Of a stretch of DNA of 64,000 nt, positions 1 through 9,894 are shown piece after piece. The stretch lies in contig CAVUVW010000013.1 of assembly GCA_963745035.1 (NCBI GenBank), positions 320,001-384,000 of the forward strand, given 5' to 3'. Both the position numbers and the translations under genes were made by a program. Below the pieces are notes generated by a model. The model did not search any database. It had not been told where the DNA came from and worked only from the letters and a program-made list of their open reading frames with translations. The stretch is from an uncultured delta proteobacterium. GTDB lineage: Bacteria > Desulfobacterota > Binatia > UBA9968. Within the stretch, counting starts at the first letter, position 1. The number at the start of each line of letters is the position of its first letter.

Positions 1-544
1 CGAGCTCAATGGCCATTGTGTTCGCCATCGATTCGAGCGCCGACTTGGCCGCGGCGTAGGCGCCCATGCGCGGCAGCGGCTGCTGCGCCAAGCGGGTGCT
101 GACGACGATGATCCGCCCGGCCTTCTTTTCTTTCATCGCCGGCAGGCAGGCGCGTGCGCAATGAAAAAAAGCCGACAGCTCATGATCGACCGCGCGGTGA
201 AAATTGTCCCAGGAGAGATCGTGCAGCGCGCCCACTTCGAAAGGAAAATAGGCGTTGTTCACCAGCACGTCGATGGGCCCCAGAGTTTGTCCCGCGGCCG
301 TGACCATGGTTTCGACCGCTTCTTTCCGGGTCACGTCGGCTTGGAAAATCATGCCCCGGCCGCCGGCATCTACGGCTTGGCGCAGGACGTTTTCCGCGGC
401 TTCTTTGTTTTGATGGTAATTGATGACGACCGCCGCGCCGCCCCCGGCGAGCCGAACCGCGGCGGCGGCGCCGATGCCGCGGCTTGCGCCGGTGACGAGG
501 ACAACTTTGCCGTCGAGAGGCCGGTTGTTCGATGGGGCCGCCAT
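1..544 (-). CDS. SDR family oxidoreductase (3' end outside window)
   Basis: Manual translation from ATG 544: MAAPSNNRPLDGKVVLVTGASRGIG...VLVNNA...YAAAK; TGxxxGIG and YxxxK motifs. Absent from the ORF track because it runs off the edge. Confidence 0.9.
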   Translation of the reverse strand, partial: MAAPSNNRPLDGKVVLVTGASRGIGAAAAVRLAGGGAAVVINYHQNKEAAENVLRQAVDAGGRGMIFQADVTRKEAVETMVTAAGQTLGPIDVLVNNAYFPFEVGALHDLSWDNFHRAVDHELSAFFHCARACLPAMKEKKAGRIIVVSTRLAQQPLPRMGAYAAAKSALESMANTMAIEL

Positions 545-557
545 GGGCGCAATTCGC

Positions 558-2039
558 TTAGATCGCAACCGCGTCTTCGGTGGCGCCCTTCTCGTATTTG
601 GCGGCGTTGTTCTTGAAGGAGAGAAATTTCATCTTGACGTAAGGCGAGCTATAGCCGTTCAAGATCCGCTCGACCCTGCCCGGCTTGCCGTAAAAAGACT
701 GAAAAGCCCAGCCGGTGAGCTCGCCCAACTGCTGGCGGGTCAAGTGCTTGGTCGGCATGACGCAATGCTCGAGGTCGTAGAGGCTCAAGTTATCGATCTC
801 GATCAAATTCTCCTTCACCGCTTTCTTGTAGATCGGCGAGCCCGGAATCGGATTGAGCACCTGGATCATGACGATGTCGGGATCGATCTCGTCGACGGCT
901 TTGGCGCGCTGGCGAATCTTGGCCTCGTCATCGTCCCAAAATCCGTTCAAGTAAGTCGAGATCGTCGAGATATCGTTCTTGCGCAGGAAATGAATCAATT
1001 CTTTTAACTCCTGGACGCCGACTTTCATCGGCCCCTTGCGCGCCTCGGCGATTTCCTCGTCGGTGCCGCCGTCGATGCCGATCAAAACCTGATATAAGCC
1101 GACTTTTCTAAGCCGCGGCACGAGGTCGGCGTCGCGGATAAAATTCTGCGCCCGGCTTAGGCAAAACCAGCTCATGTCGAGCTTTTTCTCTTCGAGGGCT
1201 TCGACCAGGTCGACCATCTTTTGCCGGTCCGAGTTGAAGTCATCGTCCATGAAGGTCAGCGCCTTGACGCCATATTTCTTGTTGAGCAGCTCCATCTCGT
1301 CGGCCACCGCCCGGCCGCCGCGCGTGCGATGGGAGCTGAAATCGCGCGGGTTGCGCTGATCGACCAGCCACCACTCGTAGCAAAAATGACACGCTCCTTC
1401 GCATCCCCGCGAGGTCACGGCCTCGTTATAGTTGGGAATGACGGAGTATCCATAATACTTGTCCATCGGAAAAAGGTCGTAGGCGGGCATCGGTAGCGCG
1501 TCGAGGTCGTCGATCACCGGCCGCGGCGGATTGAGAACGATTTCGCCGTTCCTTCGCCAGGTAAGCCCGCGGATATCGCTTAGTTTGGGCGCCGGCTTTT
1601 TAAGCTCCTCGAGCAACTCCCACAGCGGATACTCGTTGTCGCCGAAGACGCCGACGATCGCGAAATCGAGCTGCGGATTTTCCGCCATAATTTTCTGCGG
1701 CACGGCGGTATACATCAAGCCGCCGCCAACCGTTAAGATATCCGGAAAGCGGTCCTTGATACGTTTCATAGCCGAGTGAAAACGGTTGAGCTGGGCCGCG
1801 CCGCCGGCAGCGGCGATCATGGCCCCGAAAAAAACCATGTCGGGGCGGCGCCGCGCGATTTCATCGAGCATCTGCTCGTCATCAAGGCCCAGCGCGCGGC
1901 AATCGAGCACCGCAATCTCCGCCGCCTGCTTTTCCCGGATAAATGCGGCGACTTGAGAATGGAGCGAATTGACCGCCAAGTGGCGGTCGCCCCACGGCGC
2001 CCAGTTGCCCATCGGCGGGGTGATAAATAGAAGTTTCAT
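558..2039 (-). CDS. Cobalamin-binding (B12) radical SAM protein
   Basis: N-terminal B12-binding-like domain, then SRGCEGACHFC (CxxxCxxC); likely start MKLLFITPP at 2039. Confidence 0.88.
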   Translation of the reverse strand: MKLLFITPPMGNWAPWGDRHLAVNSLHSQVAAFIREKQAAEIAVLDCRALGLDDEQMLDEIARRRPDMVFFGAMIAAAGGAAQLNRFHSAMKRIKDRFPDILTVGGGLMYTAVPQKIMAENPQLDFAIVGVFGDNEYPLWELLEELKKPAPKLSDIRGLTWRRNGEIVLNPPRPVIDDLDALPMPAYDLFPMDKYYGYSVIPNYNEAVTSRGCEGACHFCYEWWLVDQRNPRDFSSHRTRGGRAVADEMELLNKKYGVKALTFMDDDFNSDRQKMVDLVEALEEKKLDMSWFCLSRAQNFIRDADLVPRLRKVGLYQVLIGIDGGTDEEIAEARKGPMKVGVQELKELIHFLRKNDISTISTYLNGFWDDDEAKIRQRAKAVDEIDPDIVMIQVLNPIPGSPIYKKAVKENLIEIDNLSLYDLEHCVMPTKHLTRQQLGELTGWAFQSFYGKPGRVERILNGYSSPYVKMKFLSFKNNAAKYEKGATEDAVAI

Positions 2040-2075
2040 GATGACTCCTGCAAAAGGCGGGAATTCGTCCAATTA

Positions 2076-2104
2076 AAAATATTTAAGACTTTAACGATTG
2101 TCAA
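2076..2104 (-). promoter_or_regulatory. Putative sigma-70 promoter for radical SAM-SDR operon
   Basis: TTGACA-17 bp-TATTTT on the minus strand in an AT-rich spacer. Confidence 0.5.
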
Positions 2105-2160
2105 GGTTTTCCAGAATAACGCAAGCGTTATAACGCGAGCGTTGCAGCAGACGCGGCGAT

Positions 2161-2214
2161 TGGACGGCACGACCGTCCATCACTGTTGACAAGGTTCCAC
2201 CCTTTTGGTACTGG
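2161..2214 (+). promoter_or_regulatory. Inverted repeat plus putative sigma-70 promoter for ABC permease
   Basis: TGGACGG-cacga-CCGTCCA (2161-2179), followed by TTGACA(2186)-17 bp-TACTGG. Confidence 0.35.
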
Positions 2215-2271
2215 TTCGCTGGCTGGATAATTTTACGGGTCTTTAACAGTTTCCATAGGGAGGGTCTTTAC

Positions 2272-3117
2272 ATGGCTCAATCCGCGCAACAAGAGGAACG
2301 ACTATTAGACGTACGCGTCGCCGAAGCGTCGGCCGCTTACAAATTTTATCTCAATCAGGAGGCAAAGATCCTCGGCACCATTTCGGTGACCCTCTTTCTC
2401 ACGATTTGGGAGCTGGTCGGAAACACCTTCCAGCTCATCAATCCGATGTTCATGAGCGCGCCCTCGCTGATCGCTAAGGCCGCCTATCAGCTCTTCGCAT
2501 CCGGGGAAATTTGGAATGACCTCTATGTGAGCGGCATCGAGTTTTTCTGGGGCTATTTCCTCTCGATTATTTTCGCTATCCCGTTCGGCATCGCCATCGG
2601 CTGGTACAAAAGATTCGCCTACGTGTGCGATCCGTTCGTGAACGCGATGAACGCCACCCCGCGCGTCGCGCTGCTGCCGCTGGTCATCATTTGGCTCGGC
2701 ATCGGCATACTCTCGAAAGTCGGCATCATTTTCCTCGGCGCGGTCTTTCCGCTGTTGATCAACACCCGCGACGGCGTCAAGACCACACCGGCCAACCTGC
2801 TCACAGCGGCGCGCAGCTTCGGCGCCTCGGAATGGCAGATTTTCAGATCCGTCGTCCTGCCTTCGACCGTCCCGTTTATCTTGACCGGCCTGCGCTTGGC
2901 GGTCGGCCGCGCTCTGATCGGCGTCATGGTAGGCGAGCTCTATGCCGCCACCGCCGGTATCGGCTTCATGATCACCGTTGCCGGCGCGACCTTTCAGACC
3001 GACAAGGTCTTTGTCGGCGTCTTGGTTTTCGCCATCACCGGCATGATCATGACCGACATCATCGACCGTTACGAGCGCCGCTTCGACAAGTGGCGTCCGA
3101 AGGTCGGCGCGGAATAG
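2272..3117 (+). CDS. NitT/TauT family ABC transporter permease
   Basis: Multi-TM protein with EAA-like loop (AARSFGASEWQIFRSVVLP). Confidence 0.9.
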   Translation: MAQSAQQEERLLDVRVAEASAAYKFYLNQEAKILGTISVTLFLTIWELVGNTFQLINPMFMSAPSLIAKAAYQLFASGEIWNDLYVSGIEFFWGYFLSIIFAIPFGIAIGWYKRFAYVCDPFVNAMNATPRVALLPLVIIWLGIGILSKVGIIFLGAVFPLLINTRDGVKTTPANLLTAARSFGASEWQIFRSVVLPSTVPFILTGLRLAVGRALIGVMVGELYAATAGIGFMITVAGATFQTDKVFVGVLVFAITGMIMTDIIDRYERRFDKWRPKVGAE

Positions 3118-3140
3118 ACCGCGCGGCGGAATCAGTCCGA

Positions 3141-3180
3141 AAAAAATGGCGCCAGCTGCAACCTGGCGCCATTTTTATTT
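3141..3180 (+). terminator. Rho-independent terminator (possibly bidirectional)
   Basis: AAAAAATGGCGCCAG-ctgcaac-CTGGCGCCATTTTT hairpin just after the permease. Confidence 0.75.
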
Positions 3181-3287
3181 CCACGGAAGCATCCAAAGAC
3201 CACTCCCGCGCCATTGCCTTAAACTTTGGTTTTCTATAGCATCCGCTGCGGTTTTTGAAATCATTTGAAGCGAGAAAGGGTCCTTTC

Positions 3288-6005
3288 ATGCGCGGCTTCG
3301 GCGGAATTGTATTATTCGCAATTGTTGCTCTCCTGCTGTTCTTTCGCCAAGCGATCGATCTCTATACCGACTGGCTGTGGTTCCTTGAAGTCGGCTACAC
3401 CGAGGTGTTCGCCAAGATATTGCTCGGCAAAGCCGTATTGGGACTTGCCTGCGGCGGCCTGCTAGGGCTGCTGATCTACATCAACCTCAAAGCCGCCGCG
3501 AAGCCGCCGCTCGGCTTTCGCTTCGGCGCTCGGGACAATGTGATCGAGCTTCCGCCGGTGGAGCTCTTCGACCCGATGTTCCGGCGCTTGCTTGTGCCGG
3601 CCGCGTTGCTGGTGGCGTTCATGGCGCTGCCGCAGGCCCTGACCAAATGGCAGCTTTTTTTACTTTTTTTCAATCCGACGCCGTTCCGTTTGGCCGACCC
3701 GCAGTTTGGCTTGGATCTCGGCTTCTACGTTTTCCGCCTTCCCGCTTGGCTCGCCGTTTATCATTGGGCGATGTTTGCTTTGGGACTGAGCTTCGTCGCC
3801 ACCGCGGCAGTCTATCTTCTTTATCGTGGCATTGAATATACGCCCCGCGGTCTCTTTCTGACAGAGCGCGCCAGACGCCATCTCCTCATCCTGCTTGCCG
3901 CGTTGCTCATGGTGAAGGCAGGCGGATATTTTCTCGATCGCTTCGAATTACTCTACGCTTCGCGCGCGGCCGCCTTCGGCGCCGGCTACGCCGATATTTA
4001 CGCGCGCCTGCCGGCGCTGCAGATTCTGACCGTCGGCGCGCTCGCCGTCGCCGCTTTGTGCGTCGCGCAGATCTATCGCGAAGGTTACCGCGCCGTGGTG
4101 GTGGGCATCGCTGCGCTGGTCGCGGTTCATGTCCTCGGGATTAATGTGTATCCTTCGCTGCTGCAGCGCTTCCGCGTGGCACCCAACGAAGCCGCCGCTG
4201 AGCGGCCGTTCATCGAGCGCAGCATCAAATCGACCCGCCTCGCCTTCGGCCTGGACAAGCTCGAGAGCAAGGAGTTTCCCGCCGAAGAAAACCTTACGGC
4301 GCAGGACTTGAAGCGCCATGAGTCGACCATCGATAACATTCGTCTGTGGGACCACCGGCCGCTGCTTTCGACTTACGCGCAATTGCAGGAGATCCGCCCC
4401 TATTACAAATTCGTCGACGTCGACAACGACCGCTACGTGATCGACGGCACCTACCGTCAGATTATGCTCTCGGCGCGCGAGCTTTCGCACCAGCACCTGC
4501 AAAGCCGCAATTGGATCAACGAACATCTCACCTTCACCCACGGGCACGGCGTGGTTTTCGGTCCCGTCAACCAAGTCACTCCGGTCGGTCTGCCCGAGTT
4601 TTTCATCAAGGACATTCCTCCGGTGGCGACCGCCGGATTGAAAATCACCAGACCCGAAATTTACTACGGCGAGCTCGCCAACGAATATGTCCTGGTGCAA
4701 ACCAGCGCGCAGGAGCTTGACTACCCCGCCGGCGACCAGAACGTTTACGTTAAGTATCAGGGACGCGGCGGAGTGACGATCGGCAGTTTATGGCGCCGGC
4801 TGATCTTCTCCGCGCACTACGCGACCTTTCGGATCTTGCTGTCCCAGGATCTGCGCTCCGAGAGCCGCATCCTGTATCATCGCAGAATTCACGATCGCGT
4901 GAAGAAGATCACGCCGTTTATCACCTTTGATCGCGACGCCTATCTCGTCATCGGCCAGGAGGGGAGACTTTTTTGGATCCTCGACGGCTACACGACATCC
5001 GAGCGATTCCCCTACTCGGAGCCGCTCCAGCGCCAAGGGCCGAACTATATCCGTAATCCGGTGAAAGTCGTTGTCGACGCGTACCACGGCGCGGTGGATT
5101 ATTATTTGAGCGATCCTGCCGATCCGATCATGCAGTCCTACGCCAAGATCTTTCCCGGACTGGTGAAGCCGCTCGAGCAGATGCCGGCCGAGCTGCGCTC
5201 CCATATCCGCTATCCCCAGGACATGTTTTCCATACAGGCCCACATCTACGCGACCTATCACGTGCAGGATCCCCAGGTATTTTTCAACAAAGAGGATATC
5301 CTCAGCATCCCGCGTCAGCGGCAAGACGGCCGCGAGGGCGACATGGAGCCGTACTACACGATCATGCGGCTTCCCGGCGAAAACAAAGAGGAGTTTGTCT
5401 TGCTGCTGCCGTTTACCCCCAATCGGCGCGACAACATGCGCGCCTGGCTCGCGGCGCGCAGCGACGGCGCGCATTATGGCAAGCTCACGGCGCTCGAATT
5501 TCCCAAGGCAAAGCTCGTCTATGGTCCCAAGCAGATCGACGCGCGCATCGATCAAGACACCGTGATTTCCCAGCAAATCACCCTGTGGAGCCAAGCCGGG
5601 TCACAGGTGATCCGCGGCAGTCTGCTGGCGATACCGATCGAAAAATCCCTTCTTTACGTGCAACCGCTCTACCTGGCCGCCTCCCAGGGCTCGTTGCCCG
5701 AGCTCAAGCGGGTCATCGTCGCCTTCGGCAATCAGATCGCCATGGAAGAGACTTTCGAGCAGTCTCTGCAACGAGTTTTCGGCTCCAAGCCCGGGCAGCA
5801 AACCGCGCCCGCCGCGCAGCCGGTCGTCGCGCAAGGAGGTCCCGCCACAGTGCAAGGCGGTTTCGAAAAAAAGAATCTCGCCGCCCAAGCTTTGGACCAT
5901 TTTCGCCGTTCCCAAGAGTTTCTCAAACAGGGAAACTGGAGCGGCTACGGCGAAGAGCTGAAAAGAGTCGAAGCGCTTTTGAAAGAGATGCAAAACGCGC
6001 CGTAA
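3288..6005 (+). CDS. UPF0182 family membrane protein
   Basis: YTDWLWF, DPQFGLDLGFYVF, NIRLWD, WINEHLTFTHGHG and NYIRN motifs; about 900 aa. Confidence 0.92.
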   Translation: MRGFGGIVLFAIVALLLFFRQAIDLYTDWLWFLEVGYTEVFAKILLGKAVLGLACGGLLGLLIYINLKAAAKPPLGFRFGARDNVIELPPVELFDPMFRRLLVPAALLVAFMALPQALTKWQLFLLFFNPTPFRLADPQFGLDLGFYVFRLPAWLAVYHWAMFALGLSFVATAAVYLLYRGIEYTPRGLFLTERARRHLLILLAALLMVKAGGYFLDRFELLYASRAAAFGAGYADIYARLPALQILTVGALAVAALCVAQIYREGYRAVVVGIAALVAVHVLGINVYPSLLQRFRVAPNEAAAERPFIERSIKSTRLAFGLDKLESKEFPAEENLTAQDLKRHESTIDNIRLWDHRPLLSTYAQLQEIRPYYKFVDVDNDRYVIDGTYRQIMLSARELSHQHLQSRNWINEHLTFTHGHGVVFGPVNQVTPVGLPEFFIKDIPPVATAGLKITRPEIYYGELANEYVLVQTSAQELDYPAGDQNVYVKYQGRGGVTIGSLWRRLIFSAHYATFRILLSQDLRSESRILYHRRIHDRVKKITPFITFDRDAYLVIGQEGRLFWILDGYTTSERFPYSEPLQRQGPNYIRNPVKVVVDAYHGAVDYYLSDPADPIMQSYAKIFPGLVKPLEQMPAELRSHIRYPQDMFSIQAHIYATYHVQDPQVFFNKEDILSIPRQRQDGREGDMEPYYTIMRLPGENKEEFVLLLPFTPNRRDNMRAWLAARSDGAHYGKLTALEFPKAKLVYGPKQIDARIDQDTVISQQITLWSQAGSQVIRGSLLAIPIEKSLLYVQPLYLAASQGSLPELKRVIVAFGNQIAMEETFEQSLQRVFGSKPGQQTAPAAQPVVAQGGPATVQGGFEKKNLAAQALDHFRRSQEFLKQGNWSGYGEELKRVEALLKEMQNAP

Positions 6006-6065
6006 GAGATCGATTCGCTGCCGCGTGGGTTCGTGTTTCTGTCATTTGTCGCCGGAAAAACTTCG

Positions 6066-6804
6066 ATGACCAATCAGCGTCGCCAGCTAGCTATTCGCGG
6101 GATCATCTTTGCTGTTTTGGTGGTGCTGCTGTTTTTTTTCAGTCGCTACATTCCGCGACCGTTAACCGTTTTTGTGCCGGAACAAGACTTTGATGATTTT
6201 GACGGGATCTACCAGAGCAAAGACAAGCTAAGCGAATTCTTGCAGCATCTCGGGCCGTATTCACCCGCGGTCTTTGTCCTGTTACAGGTATTGCAGGTAA
6301 TTGCGGCGCCCTTTCCCGGTGAGCTCACTGGGGTCGCTGGCGGTTTCGTTTATGGCGAGACCTTCGGTTTCGTGCTCTCGACCGTCGGTCTTTCCCTAGG
6401 GTCGTGGGTCGCTTTCGAACTCGCCAGTATTCTCGGCCGGCCCTTTGTCGAGCGTTTTGTCCGCGCCGAGGTTTTACAAAAATTTAATTTTCTGACTACT
6501 CGCACGGGCACGTTGATTTGTTTCGTGCTATTTCTCTTTCCCGGCTTCCCCAAAGACTATTTATGTTACGTCCTCGGGCTCAGTCGGATGAAGCTTGAGT
6601 ACCTTTTTGGTTGTTTCGATCATTGGACGGCTGCCGGGCACTTACCTTCTCACCATGCAGGGCGCAACGATTCGCAATGAGGAGTATCACACCTTTGTGT
6701 TCATTGCGGTCCTCTCGCTTGGTGTCGTGGCGATTGCGTATTTTTATCGCAATCAGATCTTCGAGTGGATCCGGCGCCGCCACGACGATAAAGATGACGG
6801 ATAG
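6066..6804 (+). CDS. TVP38/TMEM64 (VTT/DedA) family membrane protein, frameshift near 6595
   Basis: APFPGE...GFVYG and LFPGFPKDYLCYVLGLS; continues in ORF 6595..6804 (IGRLPG). Confidence 0.8.
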
Positions 6805-6842
6805 GACGGCAGCCGACGCTACCGATTGTGCTCGATTCGTTC

Positions 6843-7667
6843 CTACAACTGAAGTCCGCGAGTGAGATAGTAGAAGATCGGTGCGACGATGATCCGATAC
6901 CAGGCAAACGGCGTCAGCCTGCCGCGCTGAAGGAATCGGACAAATCCTTTGACCGCGACCAGCGCGACTAAAAACGAGACCAGAAATCCGACGCCGAGCC
7001 CGATGGCGTCTGCCGCGGCCAATTGATCACGCATTTTCAAAAGCTCGTAACCGCTCGCCACAAACAAAACCGGGACTGCGATCAGAAAAGAAAATTCCGC
7101 CGCGCTTTTGCGATCCAAGCCGACCAGCATGCCGCCGATAATGGTGGCGGCGGCTCTCGACGTGCCCGGCCAAAGCGCGAGAACCTGGAAGAGCCCGATC
7201 CCCAAGGCCTGCGCGGACGTGAGCCGGTCCGCGTCATTGGAAATTTTCCGCGATTTGAATCGCTCCACGAGCAGAATCGCCACTCCTCCCACGCCCAGCG
7301 CCCAAGTTACCGTCGCGGGATTGAAAAGCTGCTCTTTGATCATGTGCTGCGTGAAATAGCCCACGACCAGCGTGGGACAGGTAGCGAGAGCAAGACGCCA
7401 AAGTCCGGCCCAGCCGTCGAGCGCCGATCGCGCTTTGGTCAAAGATCGTTGCCGCGTCGGCAGCAGGCGCACAAATCTCCGCCAGTACAAGCAAACCACA
7501 GCGAGGATCGCGCCCAGTTGAATCACCACCTCGAAGCTGGCGGCGGTTTCGCCGACGAAGCCCAGCAAGTGACCGGCGATAATCAGATGTCCGGTGGACG
7601 AAACCGGCAGAAACTCGGTCACCCCTTCAACGATTCCGAGAATTATGGCGGTCGTCAAATCGTCCAT
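6843..7667 (-). CDS. uppP: Undecaprenyl-diphosphate phosphatase
   Basis: GIVEGVTEFLPVSSTGHL and PGTSR motifs. Confidence 0.95.
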   Translation of the reverse strand: MDDLTTAIILGIVEGVTEFLPVSSTGHLIIAGHLLGFVGETAASFEVVIQLGAILAVVCLYWRRFVRLLPTRQRSLTKARSALDGWAGLWRLALATCPTLVVGYFTQHMIKEQLFNPATVTWALGVGGVAILLVERFKSRKISNDADRLTSAQALGIGLFQVLALWPGTSRAAATIIGGMLVGLDRKSAAEFSFLIAVPVLFVASGYELLKMRDQLAAADAIGLGVGFLVSFLVALVAVKGFVRFLQRGRLTPFAWYRIIVAPIFYYLTRGLQL

Positions 7668-7728
7668 GATGCCCTTGAATAGATCGCCTTGGCGCGATGC
7701 GCGTCAGCGCTAGAAAAAATCCGCGCGC

Positions 7729-9492
7729 TCACGGCTTGGTTACCAGAAGATATTCGTCGACCGCGCCCAGGCGCAGCGGCAACTCGCCGACGTTGCCGGC
7801 CATGCGCTGTAGGTTTTTCTCTTTTACGATGATCAGCAAGGAGTGCTTGGCGGTTAGCCAATGCTTTTGGAATTCCTGGAAGCTCAATATCGTCCCCGAC
7901 GCAGCGGTCGGCGACTCCTCGGGATTGCCCAAGGCGTGGAAATTGCCCAAAAAAGTTCTTTTTTTGTTTTCGTGGGTGACCAGCATAAGCGGCCGCTCTC
8001 CGCGCAAATAAAAAAGCGCGCCGGCAAAGTAGGTGTCGTAGAACACTAGTTGAGTGGACGGCGTGAGCTTCGGCTTGATTGCCGCGATAATCGTCTCAGC
8101 GGAGCGGTTCGGCGAGATCAAGACAATCATCTGCACGACCAGCGCAAGGAAAACGCCCATGCCCGTCGCTTGGAGCGCATAGAGCCGGCCCTGGCTTGGG
8201 AGCGGATCGAAGCCGCTGCGTTTGACCGTATACACCAGCATCACGGCGGAAACGGCGGCAAGGAGCCACACCGAAAATCCCATCGCGCTCACGGCGGAAC
8301 GAATCTGGCGCGGTAAAACGGCCGGAAAAAACCACCCGGCGACAAAAAACAGCGCGACCGGCAATAGGATCCACCAGGTAAGCGATAGCGCAAAGCACCA
8401 TTGCGTCGGCGCGTCCTGGTACAGACGCGCCAAAGCCGCAGCCGTGAGCAGCGCCAGCGCCGGAAAAATCGGCAGAAGGTAGTGCGGCAACTTGGACTTG
8501 GAAAGGGAAAAAAGCAGCAAGGGTAGGACGATCCAGAGGACAAGATAGAGGATCTTGTCATCGAGTCTTTTGGCGACGAAGGCCTTCCACGCCATTTTCG
8601 CCGCCAGCGGCAGCAGCAAAGTCCACGGCAAAAAACCGACAAAGCCGACGGCGATAAAATAATACCAGGGCTCGCCTCGATCAAAATCGTCAGTGGCGAA
8701 GCGGCCGAAGTGTTCTTCCCAAAGATAGTAATGGAGATAACCGGGGTTTCGCGCTTCGGCCGGCAAATACCAACCCAAGACGATGGCGAGAAACAGCAGG
8801 GTGCCGGGGACCAGCGCCATTCGTTTGAGCGTCGCCCACTGCTTGCTCAACAGCAAATAAAAAAGGATCACCATTCCCGGCACCGCCACACCGATCAGCC
8901 CCTTGATCAAGGTGGCGGCTCCCAGCGCCACATACATCGCCGCGCACCAGAGCCGGCGGCGCGGCGGATCGCCGCTGTGACCGGCTTCGAAAAAGGCGCA
9001 CAAAGCCAGCGTGAGAAAAAACGTCAGGGTCATGTCAAGAATGACGATCCGGGCCAGAACGAAAAATTCGACGCTGGTGAGGAGAATCAGCGTGCTCCAC
9101 AGCGCGGTCCAACGCCCCCAAGAAACCTGCGCAAAGCGGTAGACGAGCGCCAAGGTTCCGAGAGCGGCCAGCGCCGAAGGCAGGCGAGCGGCCCACTCCG
9201 ACACTCCGAAAAATTGATAGGCAAGCGCGATCAGCCAGTAGAAAAAGATCGGCTTGTCGAGCACCGCGTGAAAATTTTCATGGGGCGTCAGCCAATCTTG
9301 CAGCACGAGGATCTCGCGCGCTTTCTCGGCGTTTCGTCCTTCGTCCGGTTCGAACAAAGCGGCCCCGCCCAAATGATAAAACAGCGCCGCGACGATGCCC
9401 GCCCAGGCGAGCCAGGCGAAGCCCCGCGCCGAAACAGAAAACGTCTTGCGATCGAGAAAGCCGGCCGTAAGTCCCGCGAAGTTGTGCGCCAC
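7729..9492 (-). CDS. ArnT-like GT-C glycosyltransferase (family 39/83)
   Basis: DEGRNAE, DKPIFFYW, ARLPSA, TLIKG, SKSKLPHYLLP motifs. Confidence 0.88.
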   Translation of the reverse strand: MAHNFAGLTAGFLDRKTFSVSARGFAWLAWAGIVAALFYHLGGAALFEPDEGRNAEKAREILVLQDWLTPHENFHAVLDKPIFFYWLIALAYQFFGVSEWAARLPSALAALGTLALVYRFAQVSWGRWTALWSTLILLTSVEFFVLARIVILDMTLTFFLTLALCAFFEAGHSGDPPRRRLWCAAMYVALGAATLIKGLIGVAVPGMVILFYLLLSKQWATLKRMALVPGTLLFLAIVLGWYLPAEARNPGYLHYYLWEEHFGRFATDDFDRGEPWYYFIAVGFVGFLPWTLLLPLAAKMAWKAFVAKRLDDKILYLVLWIVLPLLLFSLSKSKLPHYLLPIFPALALLTAAALARLYQDAPTQWCFALSLTWWILLPVALFFVAGWFFPAVLPRQIRSAVSAMGFSVWLLAAVSAVMLVYTVKRSGFDPLPSQGRLYALQATGMGVFLALVVQMIVLISPNRSAETIIAAIKPKLTPSTQLVFYDTYFAGALFYLRGERPLMLVTHENKKRTFLGNFHALGNPEESPTAASGTILSFQEFQKHWLTAKHSLLIIVKEKNLQRMAGNVGELPLRLGAVDEYLLVTKP

Positions 9493-9894
9493 TGCTGAGC
9501 TCGGACTAGATTCGCGATTCAGCGTACCTGAGGACCGGTGATTTGCAAGCCACTGCGGGAAACCGCGCGCATATTCTTTGACCGTCTGTGAGCGTCCGCC
9601 GGGGATTTTTCCGCATTGACTTCAACTGGGCCGTCGCGTAGCGTGAGTGAGGCTTTGCTAGAGGTGTTCCATGTTCAGCGATTCCGCCACTCCTAAAATT
9701 ATCCGCGCGCTCCCGCGGCCATTGACGGCTCTTCGTCCAAGCCACGGTCTCTCTGCGAACGGCTTAATTCACCAACCGGACACGGTATTTCTTCGTTCCG
9801 ACCCTTCTGCCGGCGCCGCCGGCCGAGGGCCGATCCAGCGATCGATTTCTATTCCTTGCAAGTGAGCGGCAGCGCGCCGGCGTGCGGGCGAGCG

